Positions 28,501 through 41,800 of a stretch of 64,000 bases of DNA are shown here, piece after piece; the first letter of the stretch is position 1, and every line of letters begins with the position of its first letter. The notes under the pieces are model-generated. The model saw only the letters and a program-made list of their open reading frames with translations, had not been told where the DNA came from and did not search any database. Source of the DNA: Lytechinus pictus. Lineage: Eukaryota. The translations under genes and the position numbers were made by a program. Where the stretch lies: assembly GCF_037042905.1 (NCBI RefSeq), contig NC_087251.1, forward strand, positions 46,998,001-47,062,000. Direction: 5' to 3'.

Positions 28501-31500
28501 CATCTCCCAAGTTCATGTGTAATAAAACCGATTCTCACTCTCTTTTCCTGTTCACCTCTCAGCAGACTAAGCACTCTATCCTGTTGATATTATTCAAACC
28601 AGATGCTTGAAAAGTGTACTTGAATCATCCTACTTTCATCATCATCTTCTTTGTCACTACGTTGAATGAATTGAATCGATCTGAACCAAGTTGAAATGGA
28701 AAAATTATTACATATAATCATATGTTGAATTGCAACTCTCCACCCGGGTGTAGTAAATGAGTTGATTGAATGCTTGAGCACCTAATCAATGAAGTCGTGC
28801 TAAACCCAGGGTGATATTTTGCAGCACTTAGAACCATAAAAGCACTATTTGTTGCATATTATCATTACATGGATCGTTGTGATGGAATTTCATTTACACG
28901 CAACATCAGGGAAAAACAATCAAATGTTTTTCATAATAACCATGAAAAACCAATGATACCAATCTTTACTGAGACAATTACTATATTCATTCCATTTCAA
29001 CTTGGATGTTGGATCTTAGACATTCTGGTATTAAGTTAACCATCACTCTACCACAAAGCAATCTCACTAACTAAATCAAATTTATTGGATCTTTAATTTA
29101 TAATTCAATTCAATTCAATTCACTTTATTCACATCCATTAAAAAGGTACAATATACAACATATAATATTACATGAACAATAACAACAATCAATACATAAA
29201 CAAATCAATATAATGAAAAATATAAAGAGTAGAACCAACATGCAGTGGATGTAGGGGAGTAGCAAAGGCCAAAGACCTATCGAGGCCAATCCTCCTTGGT
29301 TCTGCGCATTGGTTAAAGAAAACAAATTAATGGTGATTAAACAGTTATATGTACTGCAAAAAACATCAACATAAACAAACAAACAAAAACATTAAAAAAA
29401 CAAAGAAAAAAAAACACAAGGCTCCATTTTATTTAAAAACTGATGGAGAATTGGCAAGATATGATTTATATTTACGTTTAAAAGTCAATAAAGATATCTT
29501 TTAAGAAAGGTGAAGTGATGATGTCAAAACTTTGTGCTACATCTTAATCCAGATTCTATAATGTATCAAGAGGTAAATTGTCACTTGGTCTCAACCACTT
29601 TTCCTACATTCTATCTGGTCTCATCCTACATGATCTAACCCTATTTCATCTATAAAACTGTTTGTATAATTGCCATTTATACCTTGGTCACATTTGCTCT
29701 ACGGCGGCCGTACGGTGAGTCGAAAACAGCCGTTTTAATAATTTTCATTCAAACCACCTATATTGTACAAAAATGTTAAAACGTCTGTTTTCGACTCGCC
29801 GTACGGCCACCGTAGAACAAATGTGACCAAGGTATTAGCAGTTACCACTATGTCTCATTTCCTTTGAAGCTATTCCCATTTTGTTTAACACCGCTAATTC
29901 TACATGATTAGATGAACTTGAACCAAACTGAAAAATCTATTTGACCAATAATAGCAGTAACAGTGAAAAATGAATGCTACATTTATATATATTGCTTTGT
30001 ACAAATGCTTTCAAGTGCCGTAAAAAGTAGACCAAGTGGGTTTATAGCTATGATGGTGTTAGATAATCTGAGAATCAGACCGTCTTCTAGTAGATCATTT
30101 GGATACAAACCAAACAAGTCACTCCACGTCCTTGTCTCCATGTGTCCAGTATCCACTCATAATTAGAGAAATATGAATGGATTTGAAGCAAACATCTTGG
30201 AGTACATCATGAAACACTCCATCCTCTCGGAAGGGAGAGCAAATTAAGGAAATGCCACTGACATTCGGGGAGAGCCACTCTGGCAACATTTGAATTAGTC
30301 TACTTACCTCTGGTTGGTGGGCCCGGGGATCCAGGCCCCGCCCCCATCTCTCCGCCCGCCGCCGGGGCTAAGCCCAATTCTTTCCACTTGACAAGATGCT
30401 TTAGATTAAGCCAAGTCTCCATCGGGCTGGAGGCAGGATGAGCTAATGGGAAACTTCCCGGCCCGTACACGCTGAGGTATTTTTGTGATTAAGGGAAATG
30501 AAGGAGGGTAATTGGATGGAGGAAAAAAAAAACAATGTGAAGTATAGAGGAATTCTGTGGAGAATTCAAGCAAAGTGAAATAATATTTGGGCATGACTCT
30601 CTATCAAGGCAACAACTCAATAATTCAGAGTAATAAATGTTTGGCTCCCTATCATTTAAATAGATTTTGTTTTCAACTTTCACTAGCCACTGAAATTTGA
30701 TAAGCTAGTGGGCAAGTTCACCATATTTGTAACTGTATACATAGTCTGTGAGTTATAAACCTAATTGAATTGTTGTATTGAATCATTTAACTAAATGAAT
30801 AAATCAAACAGATGAATTAAAAAAATGAATCAAAGTAAAATGAATTTCTGATTGTTAAACTAGAAAAAATCAATATGACATAAACAATGGGGAAAAAATG
30901 TACTAAGACCTCTTAAAAATGTTTGACCATGATCCTACTACTATATAGGTATACAAACAAAACTACTGTGAAGGCGCAAACTTTTGAGTATATACATAGC
31001 ATGGTAATAGAATAAAAAGAAAAAAATATGCAAAATTCATATTTTTTAAAGCAAATATATTTATCTTTACTTTCTGTTTAAATAAAAGAAACTTGATAGG
31101 CCAAAAATTCAATCACTTGAAAATTTTTATGATTTTTTTTCTCTAAAAAATCTCTGATCTTATTTCATCTATATCTTATAACATTCTCTCTCATTGCCAA
31201 ACTGAAATGTGTGCATTACAACTTGTCAAAGTTGAATCTGCTGCTGGATCTAGCTTTGACGTAGAAAAATATCATACTTACATAATAACAAACAAGTAAT
31301 AATCAGAGAGAGAGAGAGCAAATTGAATGTTTTCAGCATTAACAATTTTTTTTTCTTTATATTATGCCTCCACGGTGCAAAGTTGATTGCATATTTGAAC
31401 TAATAATTCAAGTGTAAAGAGAAATAAAAATATTCAAACTCATTTATTCACATATTTTATAGGTAAATAAAATCAACAAGTAAAATGAACTGAACATTTT

Positions 31501-32844
31501 TAATTTCAAGTATAATTTCAAAGTCTAAATATATCACACTCACGTCAACCAGTTATTTTCTAATATATTCTATCTTGCACCTTCATGAAAGAGAAAACAT
31601 AACTAATCATGATTCAATTTTCTTCTTTATAACAAGTACAAAAGTAGAAAAATATTTAGACTTGTCATAGCAGTAAAGATCAACTGGGTGACATTTATTT
31701 AAAAAAAAAAAGGATCATAAAATATATCAATAAGCCCATAATTGTGAGCAGTGAAAACTTCAATTTAAACTGCATCATTTCCCCGCATTTTCATTACTTC
31801 TTGTCCATCTATGCTACATCCGCCAGGATGTAGTTCATTCGTGCGGGCCTCGGGGAGAGAAGATCAAAGGTCCAGAGAAATGGGGGAAAGAAAACGAAAG
31901 AGAGAGAGAGAGAGAAAAGGAAAGAGAGTTTGGGTGAGAGAGAGATTATTATCAAATGCAGCCCTATAAATGTGAATAAGTGACTAAAAGCAACTTACAT
32001 GGGGATGTTCTGTGGAGAAAATTAAGATTTCAAGGGGAGAATAATACAGTTGTTTTTCAGACTCACACTGATAAAAAAAAACATAATATGATTGCCTTGA
32101 ATAAATAATTAAATAAAGTTTCTAAACGTTCATGGATTGAAAACCCTACAGTACTAACTACACAGAATATTGTCATAAGGGAAAACAGTGTTTTAAACTT
32201 GTTTTACCACACAACAGTTTTGCTCAAAAGTTAGTGAACCCCACCACAAAATGCACGCCTTCTTTTAGGCAAGCCAAGAGAGACAAACTTTGTTAAAATG
32301 TAATCACCTGACTTCACAAGTAAATATCTAAAACAAGGCAGAACCTGAACATTTAGAAATAAATATGTACATTCTCTGGTGGGGTTCACTAATTTTTAAG
32401 CATCACTGTATTACTGTACCAATGTTTTTAATCTTTTTTTTTAAACAAGTGAAATTAATCAAAATAATTTGCAACGTTCAGACCTCTGTCATCACCTAAG
32501 AAGGAAATAATAACACTGAAAGAAAAAGAAAAAAAAAAGAAAAAATGAGACAAAGAATCAGAGATTTTTTTTGAAAAAAAAAAACCCTTTGAGTCATTTC
32601 CATGACATTCAAACTTCATCCCCTACTTCACAGGGCCCAATGTTGCATGGCTTCAGACCAACACAGTTTTTAGAATAAAATTTACCCCCCCCAAAAAAAA
32701 AAGAAAGAATTGAACTAGATAAAAGAATTCATAAGAGGAGCGTGAAATGTCAGGTAAGTTCTGTTTAAATGAGTTTCTTAAAACCGTCAACTGCGACAGG
32801 CAGTAAGGGAATCATCTGGAAGCATCTATAGGCAAAGCAGACAG

Positions 32845-32876
<32 letters not shown>

Positions 32877-35800
32877 AGTAGGCAGGCAGGAAGCGCAGAG
32901 ACTGACAGTGGAGTAGCCTCGGATCTGTGCATCACAAAACAGGAGATATTTGTCATTTCCTAACGTTTCTGTCGGCATGGAATCATCATTTCTATATCCT
33001 CTTGCCAATTGGGCAAGGATATCCCCTCCCAGAATGCAGGAAGTCCTTCAAGATCTGCAAAGGCTCTCTTCTCTACTGCACCTGAGCCATGTTCTACCGC
33101 TCTACCTTGCTTCATGAAGATTTATACCCCTTTCATAAACCTATCCTCCAATTAGCCGCCTAATAGTAATGCGGATAATTCAATAAAAATTGCGTTCACA
33201 AACTCCGAAAATTATCCGCATTATTTTTACGAGCGCCCGTCCTGAAAAAGGCAGATAATCGTCATGACAACTGGACACGCCCCCTCCGATGCGGTTGTGT
33301 TGGAAAAGGGTGACCTTGTGACCGCACCATGGCAATTATCCGCATTATTTGGAAATACGTTCATAAACTCAAAATCTTTTCCCTATGCTGCTATTATGCG
33401 GATAATTGCAGCATCAAAATAATGCGGATAACTCTGGTCCTCCTCCGATTTTACGACCAAATTATGCTGCTATTAGCCGCATAATTGGGTTTATGAAAGG
33501 GGTATTAGTTTTTAGTCCTGTCTGGGTTTTTCATGTATGCGGAATTTCTTGCAGCTAAACTATTGTTGTGCTACCTTTATTTTATATCACAGTATTTGTA
33601 AATAAATCAGTATATATCCAAAAGGTTTTTAATATTATAAAGATATCTACAGCTATTAAATAGGTTTTCAATGAAGGTTTTTCTTGTCTTTAAAGGTCAA
33701 GTCAACTCCAGAACAAAGTTGATTTGAATCAATAGAAAAAAATTAAAGAAGTATAATGCTGAAAATTTCATCGTTTTAAAGTTTCGCTTATTTGTCACAA
33801 AACAGTTATATGCACAACTTAGTGATATGCAAATAAGAGAATTGATGATGTCCCCCACTCACTATTTCTTTTGTTTTTTTATTGTTTGAATTATACAACA
33901 TTTCAATTTTTACAGATTTGACAAGGGCCCTCTTGTTTGAACCACAAAATATCAAAGCAGTGGTAATTCTACATGTTCAGGAAGGAATGAAATACGAGGA
34001 ATGGAATACAAAAGAAATAGTGAGTGGATGATGTCATCAGTCCCCTCATTTGCATACTGACCAGGAGGTGAATATCACAATTGTTTTGAGAAATTAAGCA
34101 AAAATTTGAAATGTCATTACTTTTTTATTTTGCATCAGATTTTGATGACATTTTCAGTGTTATGCTTGTTTGATTTTTCTCTTTTTATTCAAACGAACTT
34201 TTTGTTGCTACACAAATCACTATACAGTAACTCAAGTTGTCATTAGATTACTTAATGTAAAATATTCAAATCTCTTCCTGAAAAGTTTAGGAAGTAGAAT
34301 ATATGTTCATTTGCTGGGCATTTTGATTATACAATCAAACTTTTGCCTCTGGAAGTATATTGAGTTTTAAGTGACAATCTTTCTTGCACAAAAATTCATT
34401 TACAGAAAAAATGTATTTCATTGCAATAAATATGGAAAACGAAAATAGATATTGATAATCAGGAATATATCTATAATCACAACCACTTGAATTTTTCTTC
34501 AATTAATAACTATTCAAAGCTACACTCACAGTTGAAATTAAGTTAAATAACTATATACTACGATGTAAAGCTGATTAAGGGGAAGTGTTCAGTAAAAGCT
34601 ATGGAAAATTGAATATATCATGTTTTAATACTAAAATCATCACTCTAAATAAACATGAAACTGAATATAATGAAATTTATGCTAACATTCACATCCTTCC
34701 AGCCACTGCAGGGATTTTTTCCTCTTTTTTTTGTTGATGTCAAGGCAGGATTTTTTTCTTTTCGCTTTTGGCTCTGAACCGCTATCAGGATGTACATACT
34801 TCATATAGGATATCCATACTACCCCCTGACTGGCAAAATAAATATCCGATTCTCACTAAGACGCCGCTGCCTGTTTGTTTGCATGTGGCATAGCCAGAGA
34901 TGACATGGCGGTGGATGTGTGTTCATGCCAGGTTTTTATTTACACTTTTCAATATTGACTGATGTTGAAATGATCATTGTAAGTTCTTGTAGAAAATAGA
35001 GTTACTTTTTTTTGTTTTAAATAAATATCAACCAATAAAAAGATCATTGCCAGTTCTTTAATAGAGGAAGAAATAAAAAAAGGTTCTCTTTTATAGTTTA
35101 TTTTTCTGTTTTCTAAAAATACATCCGGCAAATACAGTTTTTCATCTGAAGTATGTATCTGTTCTTCCGTATAGTTAAAGATGCAACCAAATTCAACAGG
35201 TTAATTTTTCAAGAACTTGATTAATGTAGAATTATAATAATTTCATAATTGAGAAAACACATACATCTATGAATTTACTTATTTTTGTCATGACTTTAAC
35301 ATCCAATACGACCCATTCCATTTAAGGTGTAAGGTGAAGATTGAACCTCAAAGTTGCTGATTGGGTAGAAAAGGTAAAACAAGTATGGTCACATTCTTAA
35401 TAGGGGTGGCATGATGTCTAGTTTTATTCAAATTTCAAGCAGAATTTTTTTCTAGGATATTTTTCTCGACCAGAAGTTTCATGGAGATTTTGAACTTCCT
35501 ACCTTCTCAACATGACTTTGACATTGAATAAAGTACCAGTTGAGTGAATCAGAAATTTCATGTTTGCTTGAAAATAGAAAGTGGTATCGACGCACTCCTA
35601 GGAATAGCCGTCAGGACTTCTAGATTTATTGACATTGACATTGGCCATTTCCCCCTCATTAATGAACTTAATTACTTCCAATGGGAAGTTTTGAGAACTA
35701 AGAGTGCACACATTATACTGTCCTTCACCTTTTAACCATTTACAAACACATCACGGTTGTAACAAAAAGGATTCGCTATGCTGTGTTGATTTGTATCACA

Positions 35801-38800
35801 AAATGGCTTCTGATTGGTTAAAACCTAATATAATAAATTATCTCCTATCAGAAAATAATACCCTATCACTAAATTCTAATACAGTAAATAAATCAAAATA
35901 AATATTCTTAATGAGGGGGGGGGGGGGGATAGGGTATATGACACTCCAGTTAGAATCCGTCTGCACGTGCACTATAAAAAACCTCTAAAGGTGGCGAAGA
36001 ACATCCTAACAAAAGAGCAAAATTGTTTTGATCCTAAAATATCAAAAAGGTACAGTAGAATCAATGATTCCTTTTTCATAAAGCAAATACAGTTTAATAC
36101 TTCTACCACACTTCCTTTCAACTGTACAGGGGCCAATTAAAAAAAAACTTGTCATAATAACAGATTTGCAATAACAGTTTAAAGCTACTGAAATTCTTCA
36201 ATCTGATTGGTTGATAGTACATTAGTTATAAAAATTGTGTATTTGTTATTATAACAAGTCTTCATGACATGGGCCCCAGGTCTGTTCCTGATGGGGGCCA
36301 TTTCATAAAGCTGTCTGTAAGTTAAGAGTGACGACTGGTGAACCTTTCTTACGCGCTAAGTAATCACCAATGAACATATTATTTACCACAAGAAAGGATC
36401 ACCGGTCGTTCTTAAAGTCGCTCTGAACTTACGAACAGCTTTATGAAACGGCCCCCTGGTTGCACCTGTCATCCTCTCAACATCCTAAACCCTACCTTGC
36501 TTTCATTTCGTTAGAGAAACAAGTCTCCTTCCTCGTATAGACGATGCACTAAGGGGCACATTCAGAGGGGTTGGTGGATTCCCCCTTCCCATTCATTCAA
36601 TTGTACCCTATTTGATTTCACCTTCCCTGTACAGCAGTGGCAGGTAAAAATTACACTGGGGTAGAAATGCTACAAAGTATCCTGGAAAATAAACAAGTGG
36701 AACGCCTCTGGCAGTCTCACCTGCATCACCCGATTCAATATAGCAGCAGTGCTGACTTTGAAAACTACTATAAAATAATTGTTCACAAAAAACACCATTC
36801 ATATAATGATACAATACTACGTTCATTGACATTTGACCTTGATCATGTGACCTAAAACTTGTCAGTGTTACTTGATTTCCCCTATATCCACATTTTATAC
36901 ACTTTGAAAGTTATGACAGCAATCTAATAATTACCTCTAAAATGGCCAAAGTTCAATGACCTTAAATAACCTTTGACTTTAGTCATGTGACCTGAACCTC
37001 GCACAAGATGTTCAAAGATACTTGATTACTCTTATGTCCAAGTTTCATGAATCAGATCCATAAACTTTCAAAGTTATGATGTTAATTCAACAGATACCCC
37101 CATTATAGCCAAAGTTTATTGACCTTTGACCTTGGTCATGTGACATGAAATTCACACAGGATGTTCAATGATACTTGATAACTCTTATGTCCTACTTTTA
37201 TGAACTAGGTCCATATATTTTCTAAGTTATGACATTTCAAAAACTTAACCTTAGGTTAAGGTTTTGATGTTGATTCCCCCAACATGGTCTAAGTTCATTG
37301 ACCCTAAATGACCTTTGAACTTGGTCATGTGACCTGAAACTCAGGCAGGATGTTCATTAATACTTGATTAACTTTATGGCTAAGTTTCATGAACTAGGTC
37401 CATATACTTTTTAAGTCATGCTGTCATTTCAAAAACGTAACATTTGGTTAAGATTTGGTGTTGACGCCGCCGCCGTCGGAAAAGCGGCATATGTAGTCTC
37501 ACTCTGCTATGCAGGTGAGACAAAAAAGAGCTCGCTAGCCCCAGAATTTCCCCATTCACAGCATTGTTAAATTATCCACAGTTTAGCAGATTTAGGGAGT
37601 AGATGGTGAAAAGTAGCTCCCCAAATTAAAAAAATGATAATTTAACATAACTTTTCGTTAAATACGAGCCTGTATGATTACAACAAGCAGGCCATTTAAA
37701 TTTTTCGTGATTTTATTCAAAAATCTAATGACCTTGATTGCACCACACAATTAAACCTAACCCCCCTCCCCCGCCCTGTAACACGGTTTAAGTTAACATA
37801 CCATTTTTTTCATATATGCCTGTATGACTATGATGATGTGAAGGTTATAATTTGAATTTTTCAAATGCCACAGTCTACAGTGTCCTTCACTGCAAAGTAT
37901 ATGCAGAAAAATCTTGCTGTTTGAGGTCAGAATGTCATTTATTTTCTAATTTTATTCAAAATCTATTGACCATGGATGCGCCAAGTAATGATGATCCATG
38001 ACAATTGCTCCTACTGAAAATGCAGACCTGAAGCTAAACAAACCTGAGCTTCAGACCTTACCTTAACATTAATCCTATACCTCGCACGATTCCAAACTAA
38101 AACAAGTGGAATGCCTCTGGCCGTCTCACCTGCATCACGCGATTCAATATAGCAGCAGTGCTGATTTTGAAAACTACTATAACTCGCACAAGATGTTCAG
38201 TGATACTTGGTTACTCTTATTTCCACGTTTTATGAACTAGACCAATACACTTATAGAGATATGATGGCAATTCAACAAATACCCCCAACGTGGCCAAAGT
38301 TCTTTGACCTTACATGACCTTTGACCTTGATCATGTGACCTGAAACTCGCACAGGATGTTCAGTGATACTTGATTACTATTATGTCCAAGTTTCATGAAT
38401 CAGATCCATAAACTTTCAAAGTTATGATGGTAATTCAACAGATACCCCCAATTCGGCCAAAGTTCATTGACCCTAAATGACCTTTGACCTTGGTCATGTG
38501 ACGTGAAACTCATGCAGGATGTTCAGTGATACTTGATTAACCTTATGTATAAGTTTCATGAACTAGGTCCATATATTTTCTAAGTTATGATGACATTTCA
38601 AAAACTTAACCTTAGGTTAAGATTTTGATGTTGATTCCCCCAACATGGTCTAAGTTCATTGACCCTAAATGACCTTTGACCTTGGTCATGTGACATGAAA
38701 CTCAGGCAGGATGTTCAGTAATACTTGATTAACCTTATGGCCAAGTTTCATGAACTAGGTCCATATACTTTCTAAGTTATGCTGTCATTTCAAAAACTTA

Positions 38801-41800
38801 ACCTCAGGTTAAGATTTGGTGTTGACGCCGCCGCCGCCGTCGGAAAAGCGGCGCCTATAGTCTCACTCTGCTATGCAGGTGAGACAAAAACCCCAACTAT
38901 CACAATCCTAACCCTCAACTTATTTCATCTGAGTTGTTAGCGGAGGAGGAATCACCGCAAGAGCAAATGTCACGTGACCGTAATTACACCTACCCACCCT
39001 CCTTTGCATGCTCGCCCCCAGATCCTGATCATGGTACTTCTGAACAAAATAGCAGGAAGAAGTCTAGCATGAGAAGCACTGCGGATGTGGAAAGATTAGA
39101 AGGAGAAGGATTGACAGGAAATCAAAATCTAATCATCCCTTGAGGGAAATTAAAATTTGCTTCTTCTATCCTTAAAGTAAAAGAAAAATAACTGAAAGAA
39201 GCCATTCAATGGTACTGCAACGGTAACGAGAAATGAGTACAAACTTGGTCTTAGATGATGCTGACAATAAGATTATCTCTACTGGGCAGATGCGTAAAAA
39301 TGCTCTATTTTCTGGCTAGTAATTAATCAAAACCAGAATTTAAAAAATGATATTGTAATTAATGAATGATTTACCAAATTTCGAATAAAGACAGGAACAA
39401 AAACAAAATAAAACAAAGATGCGCGAACCTCCAAATAGACCAACCTACAACTGGTACATCAGGGTTAAATGGTTGTTTAACTGTGCAATCTTTGCGATAT
39501 CACATTTTATCTAAATTTAGAGGAATAACCTTAAGCTGAAAAGAAAGTGTTATATTTTGCCTCAAACAGTAGATATTAAAAAAAAAATAGCTGGAAAGTG
39601 GTGTGAAACAAGACTACCTGGAAAGGAAAAATCAACAATGCCAAAGAATTTGCAGGCATTTTAATTCATTAAAATCTGAAATAAATACACATAAGTATTC
39701 TTGGCATGTTTTGCGTACAAATCAATCAACTTCCACAAAATATAACATAATAGTAACTTAAATTCAAATTTGACCCCTCCCCCAAACAGGACCAAATCCT
39801 AAGGTCAATCACACATTTTACCATATAAACCATGGTTAAAAGGGAAAACATTTTATTACTCCTTCAGTGGTTACAGGCTTCCACCAATTCCTATATTGTA
39901 TAAAATAGGTTTTTCCCAAAATACCACAATGATTCATATCCTCATGTTTGTATGATGTAAATAATGAAGTCATGCCTGAAATAAAATCAGGTTTGGTGAG
40001 GAGCTATGCTGCCAATCTTACATTAATATAAATACTCTCAGATAAAAAAAAGGATCTGATCATGAATATATGTATCTGTAAGTTGTTGCTTTGTCACACT
40101 TTATGATAAACTGTCATAATTTTCCAATTTGTCAATAGAACGTACATTTTTCAGAGTACAGTACATACTTGGTAGATTCCATGATGGGTGATGTGCAGGC
40201 ATATACATGTATTTGTCGCGGCCACCTGATCGAGATCTGGGGGGTTCATACTAAAGTACTCTTTTCCCCCCAATAATGAGATACTGAGTGTCCCAAAGTA
40301 GTTTACACTTTTGTAAAGACCCCCCCCCCGCCATCAATTATATCACTACTGAAAGGAGGGGGAGGGGAAGGGGTATACAATGTACATATTTATGGAAGAA
40401 CTTGGTATCTTATCTTATGCTATATAAGCAATGTTTATTATCATCATTATCATTTATTTTAATAAACATATTTATTAACAATTTTTTTATTTATATCTGG
40501 AACATGTAGGTCGTGGTTGTCCATTTTAGGTATCTGTTGGATGCACAGATCTAGTTTTTACTAGGAGAGGAAAATGACCCGTCTAATCCAATGTGGGGGG
40601 GAGGGGAAAGGAGGGTGAGGGGTATATTACTGTACATATTAATGGAAGCACTAGGTCCCTTTTCACTTTTTTATACAATTATTTAGAGCTCTAGTTGTCC
40701 TTTTTTATGCACTTATATTTGTTGCATGCACAGATCCATTGTTAATTACGAGAAGAAAATAAACTGACCTACCTCATCCACCATCATAGAAACATTTTTA
40801 TCTGTATTCCTCACGTAAGGTTTAAAACAAAGAAGTCATGAATTCACTCACATCCGGACCTAAACCTTTTTAATAAAAAGAACAGCTTTGGGACAAAATC
40901 ACAGAAGTTTCAATCAGTCATTAGACCGGATCTCTAAATACAGAAAGCTCAGAGGAAATTTTCAATCACTATAATTTCATATTTCGAGATCGATCCGGAG
41001 TGCCAGATCTCACCTGTGGTTTATTATTAGCTCTGTAAACACTTGATACTCTAAAATCTTAAAAGTCAATCCATTTGCCAAGACAAGACACATTTCTCTG
41101 AGAGGCCCTTCATTACGACAACTAGTCAATGGAACAAAGAGATCAACACTATTAAATCATATAGTTAAAAAACTGAATGCCAAGAAATAAGGACAGAAAT
41201 TCAAGGGATATCCCAAAATAGGTATATTTCCAAATTTTCTATTCATTCTCTTCTTAACATTTTAAGTATTTTATAGTCATTTCCTCTACCTCAAGTAGCA
41301 ATATGTGTAGGCTTGCCCTTTTCAGTCAGGCATACTTAACCGATTTATTTCACATGAAGAATATTTCTGTATTCGGTAATCTTTTTAATGGATGCATGAA
41401 AATCATTTAAGTGCCAGGAACAGGAAGAATGAAATTTTATGGTTTGGAAAATTGCCAGTTTTTGTTTTGTTTAATTTTTTTTTTTTTGGAAAAAGATAAT
41501 GGTTCCGTGAAACTGTGTGAATGCAGTAACTTTGACATTACGGTAGTAAAATAGGAAAGCCTGGGTACAGTAGAATGGATGTAAATTATTCAAGTTAGCT
41601 AGTGCATACAATTCCTACTTACCAAATCATACCCGAATATCATTTGTAAAGTTAAATAATAACTTAAAAAACACTTTTACAAAACTTATCATATTAGAGA
41701 AAGAAGACTGAAAATAATCTTCTACATAGATTGCCATGAAATCTCCATTAAAACATATTAAAAAGGAAAAAAAATTGACAAAAATGTGATGAACTCTCAA

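Noticed and set aside
27787..28587. Overlapping 110-200 aa hydrophobic ORFs
   Set aside because: Pyrimidine-rich low-complexity DNA that lacks stops in several frames; no domain signal
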